Counted from the stretch's first letter, positions 19,173 to 29,827 are shown. The stretch: 64,000 bases of DNA from Clostridiales bacterium GWF2_38_85 (GCA_001797275.1 MGOY01000008.1:14083-78082); one strand, 5' to 3'. Numbers and translations are program-made. Notes: generated by a model not told the origin, from the sequence alone.

Positions 19173-20453
19173 ATGAAATTAAGCATTAAGCGTACATTTT
19201 TTATTGGGCTTGCATTTTTCTCGATTTCAGCATTCTGGCAACTATATGACACTATTATCCCTCTGATTTTGAGAGACACTTTTAAATTAGGTGACACAAT
19301 AAACGGAGTAATTATGGCAATGGATAATATACTTGCTCTGTTCCTGTTGCCGTTATTCGGATCATTATCGGACAGAACCGATACATCTATCGGTAAACGT
19401 ATGCCTTACATAGTGTTTGGTACCGCATTCGCCTCAGTTGCTATTATATTATTACCGATTGCTGATAATATCAAAAACCTGTCTATGTTCATAACAGTAC
19501 TTGGATTTGTTCTTGTCTTCATGGGCACCTACCGTTCCCCTGCTGTTGCTCTTATGCCTGACCTTACGCCAAAACCTTTGAGAAGCAAAGCAAATGCTAT
19601 TATAAATCTCATGGGTTCTGTTGGTGCTATTATAACTCTTTTAATAATCCTTGTTCTTGTTCCAAAAGAAAACCCGAATTATTTTACTGTATTTTCTTGC
19701 GTTGTCGGGGTTATGATAGTCTCAGTTTTCCTATTATTCATTACAACCAAAGAGAAGAAGCTTCATTCTGTTATTCCCGGCTTGGATGAACCGGAAGAAA
19801 TAAAACCTAAATTAAAAACAAGAGAAAAACCTGAACAAATGCCTGCTGATGTAAAGAAAAGCCTTATATTCCTTTTGTTATCAGTGTTTCTTTGGTTTAC
19901 TGCATACAATGCTGTAACAACAGCATTCTCGCGTTATGCAACTGTAGTTTGGAAAATAGCCGGTGGCGGATTTTCAATGTTTTTAATAGTTGCAACACTT
20001 GCCGCATTAGTCAGTTTTATTCCGATCGGTATTATATCTTCTAAAATCGGTAGGAAAAAAGTTATTCTTGCCGGTATCATAATGATGATTACTGCATTTG
20101 CAGCGGGAGCATTGTACCCTGTTTATCACTGGTCGCTTAATATAATCTTCGCTTTAACAGGTATCGGTTGGGCATCCATAAATGTCAACTCATACCCGAT
20201 GGTTGTTGAAATGAGCAAGGGTAGTAATATAGGCAAGTATACAGGAATATATTATACCTTCTCCATGGCTGCTCAAATATTCACTCCTATTGCATCAGGT
20301 TATCTACTTGAGCATGTCAGCTACCGTACATTATTCCCTTATTCAGCAATTTTTTCACTGCTTGCGTTGTTTACAATGCTCAACGTAATGCATGGTGATA
20401 CAAAACCTGTTAAGGTAAACAGTGTGATAGAAAACTTCAATACTCCAGACTAA
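19173..20453 (+). CDS. MFS transporter
   Basis: About 12 TM helices with a central charged loop. Motif GSLSDRTDTSIGKRMP follows TM2. Confidence 0.85.
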   Translation: MKLSIKRTFFIGLAFFSISAFWQLYDTIIPLILRDTFKLGDTINGVIMAMDNILALFLLPLFGSLSDRTDTSIGKRMPYIVFGTAFASVAIILLPIADNIKNLSMFITVLGFVLVFMGTYRSPAVALMPDLTPKPLRSKANAIINLMGSVGAIITLLIILVLVPKENPNYFTVFSCVVGVMIVSVFLLFITTKEKKLHSVIPGLDEPEEIKPKLKTREKPEQMPADVKKSLIFLLLSVFLWFTAYNAVTTAFSRYATVVWKIAGGGFSMFLIVATLAALVSFIPIGIISSKIGRKKVILAGIIMMITAFAAGALYPVYHWSLNIIFALTGIGWASINVNSYPMVVEMSKGSNIGKYTGIYYTFSMAAQIFTPIASGYLLEHVSYRTLFPYSAIFSLLALFTMLNVMHGDTKPVKVNSVIENFNTPD

Positions 20454-20473
20454 ATCAAAAAGGTGATGTTTCT

Positions 20474-21310
20474 TTGAATTATCTTTATGTACTTATACCG
20501 CTATTTATTTTAATTTTGTTGTACTTAATATGCATTAAGCCATCAAGTCATGGTAAGCAAAAATGTACTCCCCTTATGGGTTGGTTTTATGCTCACAGAG
20601 GATTACATGAAAACGCCTCTCCATTTAATTCGCCTGAAAATTCACTTGAGGCTTTCAAACGGGCAATCAATAGTGGATATGGCATTGAGCTTGATGTACA
20701 GTTGACCAAGGACAAAAAGGTTGTCGTTTTTCATGACGACAACCTTTCTAGAATATGCGGAATTGATAAAGCGATCAGCGACTTCACATACGATGAACTC
20801 CGACAGTTCAGACTATTAAGCAGCAATTGTATAATTCCTTTATTTAATGATGTTTTACAGCTTATTAACGGCAAGGTTCCATTAATCGTCGAAATTAAAG
20901 CTCCATCAAAAGCAGATGAAATATCGATATATACAGTAAAAATATTAGATACTTACAAAGGTATTTACTGCATTGAGAGTTTTAATCCACTGTCAGTTGC
21001 ATGGTTCTGTAAAAATCGTCCCGATATAATCAGAGGGCAACTCTGCGATAAATTCTGGAATTTTCCAGAATACAGAGGAAAACTGCTGTATTTGATATTG
21101 CAAAATATGATGTTCAACATAATAGCAAAACCGCATTTTATCGCTTTCAATATAAAGAATAAGAACTCAATTCCTTATCGTATAATAAAATTTCTATACA
21201 AACCCTGCACTGTTGCATGGGCAGTACGTTCTGACGACGATTACATAAATAATAAGGATGAATTCGACTTAATTATTTTCGAAAACATCCAACCCGGAGT
21301 GACAAAATGA
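20474..21310 (+). CDS. glycerophosphodiester phosphodiesterase family protein (membrane-anchored)
   Basis: TTG start after AAGGTGA. Motifs AHRGL...ENSLEAF and GIELDVQLTKDKKVVVFHD. Confidence 0.85.
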   Translation: MNYLYVLIPLFILILLYLICIKPSSHGKQKCTPLMGWFYAHRGLHENASPFNSPENSLEAFKRAINSGYGIELDVQLTKDKKVVVFHDDNLSRICGIDKAISDFTYDELRQFRLLSSNCIIPLFNDVLQLINGKVPLIVEIKAPSKADEISIYTVKILDTYKGIYCIESFNPLSVAWFCKNRPDIIRGQLCDKFWNFPEYRGKLLYLILQNMMFNIIAKPHFIAFNIKNKNSIPYRIIKFLYKPCTVAWAVRSDDDYINNKDEFDLIIFENIQPGVTK

Positions 21311-22002
21311 CACAAGCTCAAATCAGAGAAAAGTTGAAGCTGCTCACAGACGAAAAATATAAAGTATTCTCAGCAGAATTGATCCCCAACTGTACGGATA
21401 TGCTTGGCGTCAGACTCCCCGAGCTACGTAAAATAGCCAAAGAGATTGCAAAAGGCGCTTGGAAGGAATACATTGATACAAGCGAATATCAATATTTTGA
21501 AGAGAAGCTACTTGCGGGAATGGTTATCGGATATGTAAGAGCTGACATTGATACAATATTTGAATACACCGACAAATTCCTACCGCATATCGACAACTGG
21601 TCTGTCTGCGACAGCTTTTGCACTACACTGACTATAGCCGAAGCATATAGACCTAAGGTATGGCAGTACATATTAAAACAACTTGAAAGTGATTCCGAAT
21701 TCAAAATAAGATTTGCTGTAATAATGATACAACGATATTTTATCAAAAAAGATAGACTCGTTCAAATATTCGATATATTAAGCAATATTAAACATTCCGG
21801 TTATTATGTAAAGATGGGAACATCATGGGCAATATGTGAGTGTTTCTGTAAATTTCCCGAGGAAACAATAAATTTTTTAAGAGAATACAAAACAGATGAG
21901 TTTACACTGAAAAAATCACTTCAAAAGATACTTGAATCCCAGATTCCTGATACAGAGCAAAAAGTTAAAATCAGAAAATTAAAACAGACTCAGTGCCTAT
22001 AA
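21307..22002 (+). CDS. DNA alkylation repair protein (AlkD-like HEAT-repeat family)
   Basis: 231 aa, helical. The N-terminus ...KYKVFSAELIPNCTDMLGVRLPELRKIAKEI is typical of PF08713-type proteins. 4-nt overlap with the upstream gene. Confidence 0.65.
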   Translation: MTQAQIREKLKLLTDEKYKVFSAELIPNCTDMLGVRLPELRKIAKEIAKGAWKEYIDTSEYQYFEEKLLAGMVIGYVRADIDTIFEYTDKFLPHIDNWSVCDSFCTTLTIAEAYRPKVWQYILKQLESDSEFKIRFAVIMIQRYFIKKDRLVQIFDILSNIKHSGYYVKMGTSWAICECFCKFPEETINFLREYKTDEFTLKKSLQKILESQIPDTEQKVKIRKLKQTQCL

Positions 22003-22767
22003 TACCGATTTCGCCTTCCACTCTTTTGGGCTGCAGTCATGGAGTTTGTTGAACAGGCGATAGAAGGCTGACAGGTCGTTATAACCGCATTCCTCAGCAA
22101 TCAGCTGGACTGTACGGTTGGTTGACAGCAGAAGCTGGCGCGCATGATTCATCCGAAGCTCTGAGATATACTGATGCGGTGTGATTCCGTATGATTTTTT
22201 GAATGAACGGATAATATAGTCCTTTGAATAATTCAGCTTTTCTTCAAGCAGCGACAGCGAAAGCGGTTCGCTGTATTTTTCTGCGAGTATGTTCTCAATG
22301 GTTTTAGCAAGTGATGCTTCCTTCTCTTCGATTGTATTTGTTTCTTTCAGTTTTTGAAGTATCTCATAAAATACGCTTGTTATTTCAAGTCGGGTTTTCG
22401 TTTTAGATTTGATCAGGCTATCAAGCTTGAAAAGCAATTCCTTCGTATCGTTGAATGAAAATGTGCCTTTGATTGCAATTCCGGGTGTCGGGTCGGTGAA
22501 GTCGCCATTAAAATGAATATAATAATACTTTGGTGAGCTGCTCGGAGCTACACCCTCCTGAAACAGATTAGCTTTCTGGATGTAATACTGTCCTGCCGAA
22601 ACTTCTACCGGTACATTGTTTTCAGAGAATCTGAGGATGCCCGAAAATACCATCAATAGAACATCCTCGTTGATTGTTCTTGTTATATGCTTTTCATCCG
22701 GGTAAAAATAACGAAACGATGAATTGATGTATTCAGGTAGTGTATCAAAGCTTAAGTATTTGTTCAT
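21997..22767 (-). CDS. AraC family transcriptional regulator
   Basis: N-terminal cupin-like sensor and C-terminal double HTH (ITPHQYISELRMNHARQLL...IAEECGYNDLSAFYRLFNK). Start chosen at MNKYLSF after GGAG (the ORF extends to 22818). Confidence 0.88.
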   Translation of the reverse strand: MNKYLSFDTLPEYINSSFRYFYPDEKHITRTINEDVLLMVFSGILRFSENNVPVEVSAGQYYIQKANLFQEGVAPSSSPKYYYIHFNGDFTDPTPGIAIKGTFSFNDTKELLFKLDSLIKSKTKTRLEITSVFYEILQKLKETNTIEEKEASLAKTIENILAEKYSEPLSLSLLEEKLNYSKDYIIRSFKKSYGITPHQYISELRMNHARQLLLSTNRTVQLIAEECGYNDLSAFYRLFNKLHDCSPKEWKAKSVL

Positions 22768-22863
22768 ATTATTCTCCATCTCGCCGCATAAATAGCTATG
22801 AAAAAGCACATTCCACAAAGCGGATGCTGCTCATGCTTTACGAGCAGCAAGTGGCTTTTTACT

Positions 22864-22888
22864 GCGTGAAAATTCATTTTTCACGCTA
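22864..22888. promoter_or_regulatory. perfect palindrome GCGTGAAAA-N5-TTTTCACGC in the AraC/GH127 divergent region
   Basis: 9-bp arms at 22864-22872 and 22878-22886. The minus-strand reading contains TAGCGTGAAAAAT. Confidence 0.5.
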
Positions 22889-23019
22889 TTTCCTTTTCCA
22901 TTGTTATAAGTAATATACTTCATCAGGTCGATTTTTGCAAGTGTTTGTTCGTATTATTCTATTACAAAATAACGAAAAACTGATAAAATTGAAGAAAAAC
23001 AGTAAGAAGGTGCTTTGGT

Positions 23020-24858
23020 ATGCAATCGCAAAAGTACAAACCTTTTGCCACAAATGAAATCGAACCCAAAGGCTGGCTGCTGCAACAACTTGAAATACAG
23101 GCTGTTTCACTTTCGGGTAACCTTGACAAGGTATGGCCGGACATCAGAGACAGCAAATATGTAGGTGGTGACCGTGAAGGGTGGGAACGAGTTCCCTACT
23201 GGCTGGATGGTTTTATCCCACTCGCTTATCTACTGAAGGATGACGATTTAATTTCTCGCGGGAAAAGATATATTGATGCCATTCTTGCAAGGCAATGCGA
23301 GGACGGCTGGATATGCCCATGCAAAGCTGAAGAAAGAGCCGACTACGATGTGTGGGCAATGTTGTTGCTATCAAAAGTGCTTATAGTGCATCATGACTGC
23401 TCGGGAGATGAGCGAATTGAACCGGCATTGTATAAGGCGTTCAAAAACTTAAAAGAGCATCTTGCAGAACATCCGCTATTCAGCTGGGGTAAATACAGGT
23501 GGTTTGAAGGACTTATCGCTATATACTGGCTTTATGACAGGGTAAAGGAAGAATGGCTGCTAGAGCTTGCTGATATGTTACATGAACAAGGTACTGATTA
23601 TAATGAAATAATAGACGGTTCACGCTTCCAAGAAGCAAAGCGTGAATGGACCTTTGACACGCATGTTGTAAATATGGCTCAGGCAATCAAATCCGATGCG
23701 TTGATGTCACTCAGAAAAGGTAACAATGGCAATGAGTTTGCTGAAAAGATGTATTCAACCTTAATGAAATATCACGGAACCGCAATCGGTCATTTCACAG
23801 GCGATGAATGCCTTGCAGGCAACAGCCCGATACAGGGAGCAGAGCTTTGCAGTGTTGTTGAAGCGATGTATTCCTATGAGCAGATATTTACGGTTACAGG
23901 AAACCCTGTCTGGCTTGACAGACTTGAAATGCTGGCATATAATGCATTGCCTGCTGCAATCAGTCCGGATATGTGGACTCATCAATATGATCAGATGGTC
24001 AACCAGATAGAGTGTTCCAAGCAAAATGACCCGTCGGTTTTTTTAACAAACTCACCCGATGCACATATTTACGGACTTGAGCCGAATTACGGCTGCTGTA
24101 CAGCGAATTTCAACCAGGGGTGGCCAAAGTTCGCGTTGAGTACATTCTATAAAGATAACAGCAGTATTATCTCAGCTGCTATTGCACCTTCAAAGGTTAC
24201 AACACAGATAAGAGATGCTAAAGTTTCTGTTGAGCTTCAGACTATATATCCTTTCAAAAATAAGTTGAAATATATTATTACTGCTGAAAAGCCGATTCAA
24301 TTTGAGTTGAAAATCAGAATACCGCGATGGGCAAAGCGAACTGTTGTTAATGAAATAGAGACAACAAATACGGATTATATTTGCTTGAACAGAATCTGGG
24401 ATGCTTCAACCGAAGTAAACGTCGAATTTGAATTCGAAACGAAATTTGATGAACGACCGGAAAATATGGTATGCTTAAGGCACGGAGCATTATGCTATTC
24501 TGTTGATATTAAAGAAGAATGGAAAAAGATCGAATACACAAGAGATGATGTTGACAGAGTATTTCCCTATTGCGATTATGAAGTGTATCCGAAATCGAAA
24601 TGGAATTATGCTTTCTGGAATAATAATTTGAGCATAAAATACAATGATATTTACGATATACCGTTTTCACCAGATAATTCACCAATAACAATTATTGCTG
24701 ATATGGTTGAAATTGATTGGGGTTATGAGCCCGGATATGATAATGTATGTGCAAGAATTCCAAAATGTAGGACACCGATCAGTGATGTTCATAGAATAAC
24801 ACTGAAGCCATATGGCTGTTCTAATCTTCATATAACCGAGCTTCCGAAATTAAATTGA
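23020..24858 (+). CDS. glycoside hydrolase family 127/146-like (beta-L-arabinofuranosidase, DUF1680)
   Basis: 612 aa. The N-terminal region is typical of DUF1680. The EPNYGCCTANFNQGWPKF Cys-Cys motif resembles the GH127 catalytic/zinc site. Divergent AraC partner gene. Confidence 0.75.
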   Translation: MQSQKYKPFATNEIEPKGWLLQQLEIQAVSLSGNLDKVWPDIRDSKYVGGDREGWERVPYWLDGFIPLAYLLKDDDLISRGKRYIDAILARQCEDGWICPCKAEERADYDVWAMLLLSKVLIVHHDCSGDERIEPALYKAFKNLKEHLAEHPLFSWGKYRWFEGLIAIYWLYDRVKEEWLLELADMLHEQGTDYNEIIDGSRFQEAKREWTFDTHVVNMAQAIKSDALMSLRKGNNGNEFAEKMYSTLMKYHGTAIGHFTGDECLAGNSPIQGAELCSVVEAMYSYEQIFTVTGNPVWLDRLEMLAYNALPAAISPDMWTHQYDQMVNQIECSKQNDPSVFLTNSPDAHIYGLEPNYGCCTANFNQGWPKFALSTFYKDNSSIISAAIAPSKVTTQIRDAKVSVELQTIYPFKNKLKYIITAEKPIQFELKIRIPRWAKRTVVNEIETTNTDYICLNRIWDASTEVNVEFEFETKFDERPENMVCLRHGALCYSVDIKEEWKKIEYTRDDVDRVFPYCDYEVYPKSKWNYAFWNNNLSIKYNDIYDIPFSPDNSPITIIADMVEIDWGYEPGYDNVCARIPKCRTPISDVHRITLKPYGCSNLHITELPKLN

Positions 24859-24930
24859 ATTTGTGCCTACTAATAAACTGCCTTTTGCGGCTTATTTTTT
24901 ATAATTATATGTACATTGGTTAATTATTTA

Positions 24931-24959
24931 TTGACTTTCTGACGAAGATGATGTACTAT
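24931..24959 (+). promoter_or_regulatory. sigma-A-type promoter for the diguanylate cyclase gene
   Basis: TTGACT (24931-24936), 17 nt, then TACTAT (24954-24959). Confidence 0.5.
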
Positions 24960-25003
24960 ATTGTTAAGATTAATAAACTCTTCATCGAATCTGGAGGTTA
25001 TAT

Positions 25004-26617
25004 ATGAACAAACTTAAAATTTGTATTCTAATAGTTATCGTTTTTTTTGTTACGGTAATTACATTCTTTGGAAATTATAATTTATATCTGAAGGAGATCG
25101 AATCTACAGTAAAAACAGAACAAACTCAGATAAATCGTTATATTGATTTAAGCCAGGGTTTTATTAATCTCCTTGTAATTCATAGTGAAGAAACACTAAA
25201 ACAATCTCCTGCTATTGATAGTGAGCTTTATCAATATTTAGAGTACAGTAGTAGAGCCAATACATATAATCTTGATGCTGTTTTCGGTACAAAATATCAA
25301 AGTAATTATGGTAATATCACCGGAATAGGTAAAATACCCGAAAACGGGATAGAAAAAGATGAGATAAATCTTGCATTGAATATTTCCGAACAATTTTCAA
25401 GTATATATAAAAAGTTGCCGGATGTTGCATGGATATATTATACCAGCTCAAATAATTTCATATTATTGTATCCATGGGTTTCATCTTCTGATTTTGCTTT
25501 TGATGAAAGTTTACTGAAGGAAGTATTTTATACTATAGCAACCCCTGAAAACAATCAACTACGTGAAGCATTGTGGACTCCAGTATATATGGATCATGCA
25601 GGAAAAGGATTAATGGTTACACTCTCAAAGCCAATCTATAATAATGATGTATTTGTCGGTGTAATATCAATTGACCTTACAAATGATAAGCTCAGCGAAA
25701 TGATAAAATCCGAATATGAAATTTATATCATTGATGATACCGATTCTGTTATTGCGAACAGCAGAAATTTAATTAATGCTGATAATGTTCCAAAATTTAA
25801 TGAGGTACTTAAGACTAGTGTTAACAAAGCAGAAGATATAAAAAGTATAAAAAATAATGAAATTGAAATAATTGATGGATATTATACATATTCCATTGTC
25901 TTCAATGATGCACCATGGAGACTTTTTATTCGAATTTCAATGTTATCAATCACATTAAAATCATTTATTTATACTTTACCGCTGATGTTTATCTGTATAC
26001 TTCTGCTACTCACTTTCTTCCAGATCGAAAGAAGAAAACGTGTTGAAATCGATTTGAAAAATTCACTTGAAGAATTAACTTCGTATCAAAAGTTGCTTGA
26101 AAAAGCTGCAAAATATGACTTCCTAACTTCAACAGTAAATCGCCGTGGTTTAATGGATATTTTTAATGATGAAGTTCTTAAAAATATAAAGAATACCTCT
26201 CCAATATGTTTCATAATGGGTGATATTGATCATTTTAAACGCTTCAATGACACATATGGTCATTATGCAGGAGACAAGGTTCTTGTTGAGATAACTAAAA
26301 TAATGCAGAGTTGTATTAAAAATGATGAGGTTGTCTGCCGCTGGGGTGGTGAAGAATTTATAATAATGCTGATTAAGCGTGATTATAATACAGCACTTCA
26401 GGTCGCGGAACATATACGGTTGGAAATTGAAAATATGATTATACCATGGGAAAATTCAATAGAGCTGAAAGCGACAATGACTTTTGGTGTTATAGAATTT
26501 AATCAAAAGGAAACTTTCGAATCTAATATATCGATTCTGGACAGTGCATTGTATTTCGGCAAAAATTCAGGACGTAATAAGGTTGTCGGAAGTATAGAGT
26601 GTGATTTAACAGTTTAA
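25004..26617 (+). CDS. sensor diguanylate cyclase (TM - Cache-like periplasmic domain - TM - GGDEF)
   Basis: Two TM segments flank a domain of about 280 aa. The C-terminal GGDEF domain carries RWGGEEF and DIDHFKRFNDTYGH. Confidence 0.88.
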   Translation: MNKLKICILIVIVFFVTVITFFGNYNLYLKEIESTVKTEQTQINRYIDLSQGFINLLVIHSEETLKQSPAIDSELYQYLEYSSRANTYNLDAVFGTKYQSNYGNITGIGKIPENGIEKDEINLALNISEQFSSIYKKLPDVAWIYYTSSNNFILLYPWVSSSDFAFDESLLKEVFYTIATPENNQLREALWTPVYMDHAGKGLMVTLSKPIYNNDVFVGVISIDLTNDKLSEMIKSEYEIYIIDDTDSVIANSRNLINADNVPKFNEVLKTSVNKAEDIKSIKNNEIEIIDGYYTYSIVFNDAPWRLFIRISMLSITLKSFIYTLPLMFICILLLLTFFQIERRKRVEIDLKNSLEELTSYQKLLEKAAKYDFLTSTVNRRGLMDIFNDEVLKNIKNTSPICFIMGDIDHFKRFNDTYGHYAGDKVLVEITKIMQSCIKNDEVVCRWGGEEFIIMLIKRDYNTALQVAEHIRLEIENMIIPWENSIELKATMTFGVIEFNQKETFESNISILDSALYFGKNSGRNKVVGSIECDLTV

Positions 26618-26636
26618 TTAAATATTTATGGTAATA

Positions 26637-26676
26637 ATAAAAAGTGCTTCAACTTAAAATAGTGAAGCACTTTTTA
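26637..26676. terminator. bidirectional intrinsic terminator between convergent genes
   Basis: AAAAAGTGCTTCA(N10)TGAAGCACTTTTT. Confidence 0.8.
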
Positions 26677-27501
26677 TTATTTCGAGTTAATATTTAACCA
26701 CCTTACAACTCCATCATCTGTATTTGGGTCGATTATGGCAGTTGCTTTTTCTTTGACTTCAGGTTTTGCATTCTCTACTGCATAACTTTCATCGCTTGCC
26801 AAGAACATAGGTATGTCGTTAAGATTGTCACCGAAGGCAATTATTTTATCAAAACCATATTCCCTTTTCAGATATTGAACAGCATTGTATTTTGATGCTT
26901 TATCCGAGCATATTTCAAGATACCAATTGTTTTCGTTGTATATATCCCTGTAGAATTCTGTTCGAATGCCTACAATTGCTTTTAACTCTGCATACAAAGG
27001 TTGAAGGTTCTCTGCAATATCTGATACTGAATAATAAACGATTGATTTATCTTTGCAATCGAAGAAGCTGTCAACTTTAGTGAATACTTTGCCATACTTC
27101 ATCTCGCGTTCCTCGATGTATTTTTTTGATATTAAATCATCTACGTTTTCATAATATTTTGATAACTTGTCATCATCAATAGAATAGAAAAATCCTCTAC
27201 CATTATGTTTTTTGACCGTTTCGATAACCTTCATTTTAGACTCTTCGGGAAATCTTTCGATTTTCATATACTTATTTTCTTGAAGATCATAGATACATAC
27301 TCCGTTCATCAGTACAATCGGAACATTCAGATTTACACCGTTGAACATTTTTATTACAGTTGTTGCTGTTCTTGCTGTTGCGATACTCAAATGTATGTTT
27401 TTCTCAAGCAGTTGACATAATACTGTCTTTGCGTATTCGCTTAGTTCAGCATCTTTATTCAAAAGAGTACCGTCAAGGTCTGAGATATAAAGTGTTTTCA
27501 T
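26677..27501 (-). CDS. Cof-type HAD-IIB phosphatase
   Basis: Motifs LYISDLDGTLLN and AFGDNLNDIPMF, with a large cap domain. Confidence 0.85.
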   Translation of the reverse strand: MKTLYISDLDGTLLNKDAELSEYAKTVLCQLLEKNIHLSIATARTATTVIKMFNGVNLNVPIVLMNGVCIYDLQENKYMKIERFPEESKMKVIETVKKHNGRGFFYSIDDDKLSKYYENVDDLISKKYIEEREMKYGKVFTKVDSFFDCKDKSIVYYSVSDIAENLQPLYAELKAIVGIRTEFYRDIYNENNWYLEICSDKASKYNAVQYLKREYGFDKIIAFGDNLNDIPMFLASDESYAVENAKPEVKEKATAIIDPNTDDGVVRWLNINSK

Positions 27502-27512
27502 TTTTAATCCAT

Positions 27513-28166
27513 TTATATATCACTCAATAACTCATTGAGTTCAACTATACTTTCCGCAATATATTCAGATCTTGCATTTTTCAATTCATCTAAGCTGCCA
27601 TAACCGTATAAAACACCGATCGAGTCAATACCTGTTTTCTTAGCACCTATAATATCATGTTCCCTGTCACCAATCATTATAACTGCAGAACGGTCGGTGA
27701 TTCCACAAGATCTTAACGCATATTCTATAACATCATTCTTTGCGACTCTGGTTCCGTCAAGATAGCTGCCTGATACGAAATCAAAATAATTTGCTATATC
27801 AAAATGTTCAAGTATTCGTTCTGCAAATATTGTTGCTTTTGATGTCGCAAGGATTATGGACTTCCCTCTTTGTTTTTGTTCTGAAAGCATTTTTTCAACG
27901 CCATCATAAACTTTATTTTCAAATATACCTTTATCCCTGAAATACTCTCGGAAATATTCAATAGCAACCTTTGCCGTTTCTTTTTGCATACCGAAGTAGA
28001 ATTCAAACGAATCGGTTAATAGCGGCCCAATCAGCTTTTTCAGCTCTGATTTTTCTGGTACTATAATGTCAAGCTTATTCAATGAATAGGCAAACGAGTT
28101 TGTAATACCTTCAGCCGGATCAGTTAATGTTCCATCAAGATCGAATAATAAATATCTTTTTTTCAA
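27513..28166 (-). CDS. HAD-IA family hydrolase (phosphoglycolate phosphatase-like)
   Basis: Motifs LLFDLDGTLTD, ATSK and IGDREHDIIGA. Confidence 0.85.
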   Translation of the reverse strand: MKKRYLLFDLDGTLTDPAEGITNSFAYSLNKLDIIVPEKSELKKLIGPLLTDSFEFYFGMQKETAKVAIEYFREYFRDKGIFENKVYDGVEKMLSEQKQRGKSIILATSKATIFAERILEHFDIANYFDFVSGSYLDGTRVAKNDVIEYALRSCGITDRSAVIMIGDREHDIIGAKKTGIDSIGVLYGYGSLDELKNARSEYIAESIVELNELLSDI

Positions 28167-28169
28167 AAT

Positions 28170-28952
28170 CTACTCCTTTGTAGCATTTGATATTTCTTCC
28201 ATTTGTCTAATCTTGTATCCTACATCTTCAGGGCAATGAGCATCAGAAGCTGTTATAATCCTGATCTTATTCGCTTTTATAGCTTTTATTAGTTCAACCG
28301 ACATACCAAGCTCTGCATTGGTTCTTCTGCTACTTCCGCTGTTTTGTTCAGCATACATATCGCTTTTTGCTAATTCTGCTGCAAGAGAATTATAGTACTC
28401 TGTTAATTCAAAAGTCGGTTTATGACCGTACAGCTTTATACAATCCGGATGTGCGATGCCATCGAAGACTCTACTTTTAGCCAAATCTATGCTTGTTTCA
28501 AAATAACGTTTATATGCTTCATCAACATCGACGCCATCCCAAAATTCCGGTTTATGGTCATATGCAAAATGATCGATAAAATGAATGCTGCCAATAGTAA
28601 AATCAAATCCTTTATTTTTGATTAACTGACCAATAAATTCTTCTGAATTTTTGAAATAGCAGATTTCAAGTCCGAATTTAATTTTTATAGGTAGTTCAGA
28701 ATTTCTGACCTCATCAATTAAATGAAGATAATCACTTAAGTTGCAAACTCCGCCTTTTTTCGCAAGCCATGTTTTAATATAGCTATTATTTGCACAAATA
28801 TCATTGTACATCGGTAAGAATTCTATAAATCGATAGCTGTGCTCAAGAAGCCAAATTTCACTTAGTCCTTGTTCGACAGCTTTATTTATAAACTTGTTAA
28901 TCCAATCAAGAGTATATGGACCTCTTTCAATATGAATATGGCAATCAGTCAT
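28170..28952 (-). CDS. PHP-domain phosphoesterase (HisJ-family histidinol-phosphatase-like)
   Basis: N-terminal DCHIHI, internal GSIHF and AHPD, C-terminal SDAH. Confidence 0.7.
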   Translation of the reverse strand: MTDCHIHIERGPYTLDWINKFINKAVEQGLSEIWLLEHSYRFIEFLPMYNDICANNSYIKTWLAKKGGVCNLSDYLHLIDEVRNSELPIKIKFGLEICYFKNSEEFIGQLIKNKGFDFTIGSIHFIDHFAYDHKPEFWDGVDVDEAYKRYFETSIDLAKSRVFDGIAHPDCIKLYGHKPTFELTEYYNSLAAELAKSDMYAEQNSGSSRRTNAELGMSVELIKAIKANKIRIITASDAHCPEDVGYKIRQMEEISNATKE

Positions 28953-29827
28953 ACTATTTCTTCGATAATATCATATAAATTCAATTCTTCCGCAGCCTTT
29001 TTCCAATAGATTTCTGGTATTATACCGTCTTCCATAAAGCATCTGTCTTCTGAAGCAATTTGGTATGCACGTCTCACGCATTGCATTGGCATATCAGTAC
29101 CTGTCTTGATAAGCGCAATAATACTGTTGCCCCAGACTAGTGACTTTTTTAGGATTTCACTCTTTTTGAATTCATGAATCAATTTTTCTCTATCATAAGG
29201 TATCGAAATTAATTCGTCCTGCCATTTATTATTTATATACTCCAGAGAAACAAATTGAGCATTTGTCTGCCTGTTAGTGGGTAACCCAACACTGCCCACA
29301 AACACGATTTCTTTATTTTCAAAAACATACTTATGGTATCTATGAGTATGACCGCAGAATAAATAGTCTGCATCGATTGAATCGAGATATTTCTTCATCA
29401 ACTCATCTTTTCCGCATATCCACTCATTTGATTTTACCGGAGAGCCATGACAGATTGTAATTGGTGGATAGTAATCAATCGAAATATTCATACATATAGG
29501 CATACTTTCAAAAGTTTTTATATCTGCTTCAGTTAAATTTTCGTATGTATAAAGTACTGCTCCTGTACTCGAAGCATATCGCCATTTTTTGTTATTGCTG
29601 TTATGATAATTTATTATATAGTCTTCTCGATTACCTCTGATGAACCATGTTTTATAACCTTGTGTTCTTGTTTTCAGAAGTTCAAGAGTTTTTTGCGGAT
29701 ATAGGCAATCGCTTATATAATCACCTAAAAATACTAATCCATCATAATTATTTGTATCAATATAATTCAAGCACTCCTCAAGCGCTGTGAAATTGCCGTG
29801 TATATCTGCGAGTAAAGCAAGTTTCAC
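28949..29827 (-). CDS. metallophosphoesterase family protein
   Basis: Motifs LLADIHGN, FLGDYISD, GNRE, CGHTH and GS.G. A GTG start after GGAG overlaps the upstream stop (TAGTG). Alternative ATG at 29851. Confidence 0.8.
   Translation of the reverse strand: MKLALLADIHGNFTALEECLNYIDTNNYDGLVFLGDYISDCLYPQKTLELLKTRTQGYKTWFIRGNREDYIINYHNSNNKKWRYASSTGAVLYTYENLTEADIKTFESMPICMNISIDYYPPITICHGSPVKSNEWICGKDELMKKYLDSIDADYLFCGHTHRYHKYVFENKEIVFVGSVGLPTNRQTNAQFVSLEYINNKWQDELISIPYDREKLIHEFKKSEILKKSLVWGNSIIALIKTGTDMPMQCVRRAYQIASEDRCFMEDGIIPEIYWKKAAEELNLYDIIEEIV

Noticed and set aside
22864-22886. Rex- or CRP/FNR-type operator interpretation of GTGAA...TTCAC
   Set aside because: The spacing between GTGAA and TTCAC is 9 nt rather than the 4 nt of Rex sites (TTGTGAA-N4-TTCACAA), and the flanks do not match CRP/FNR consensus sequences.
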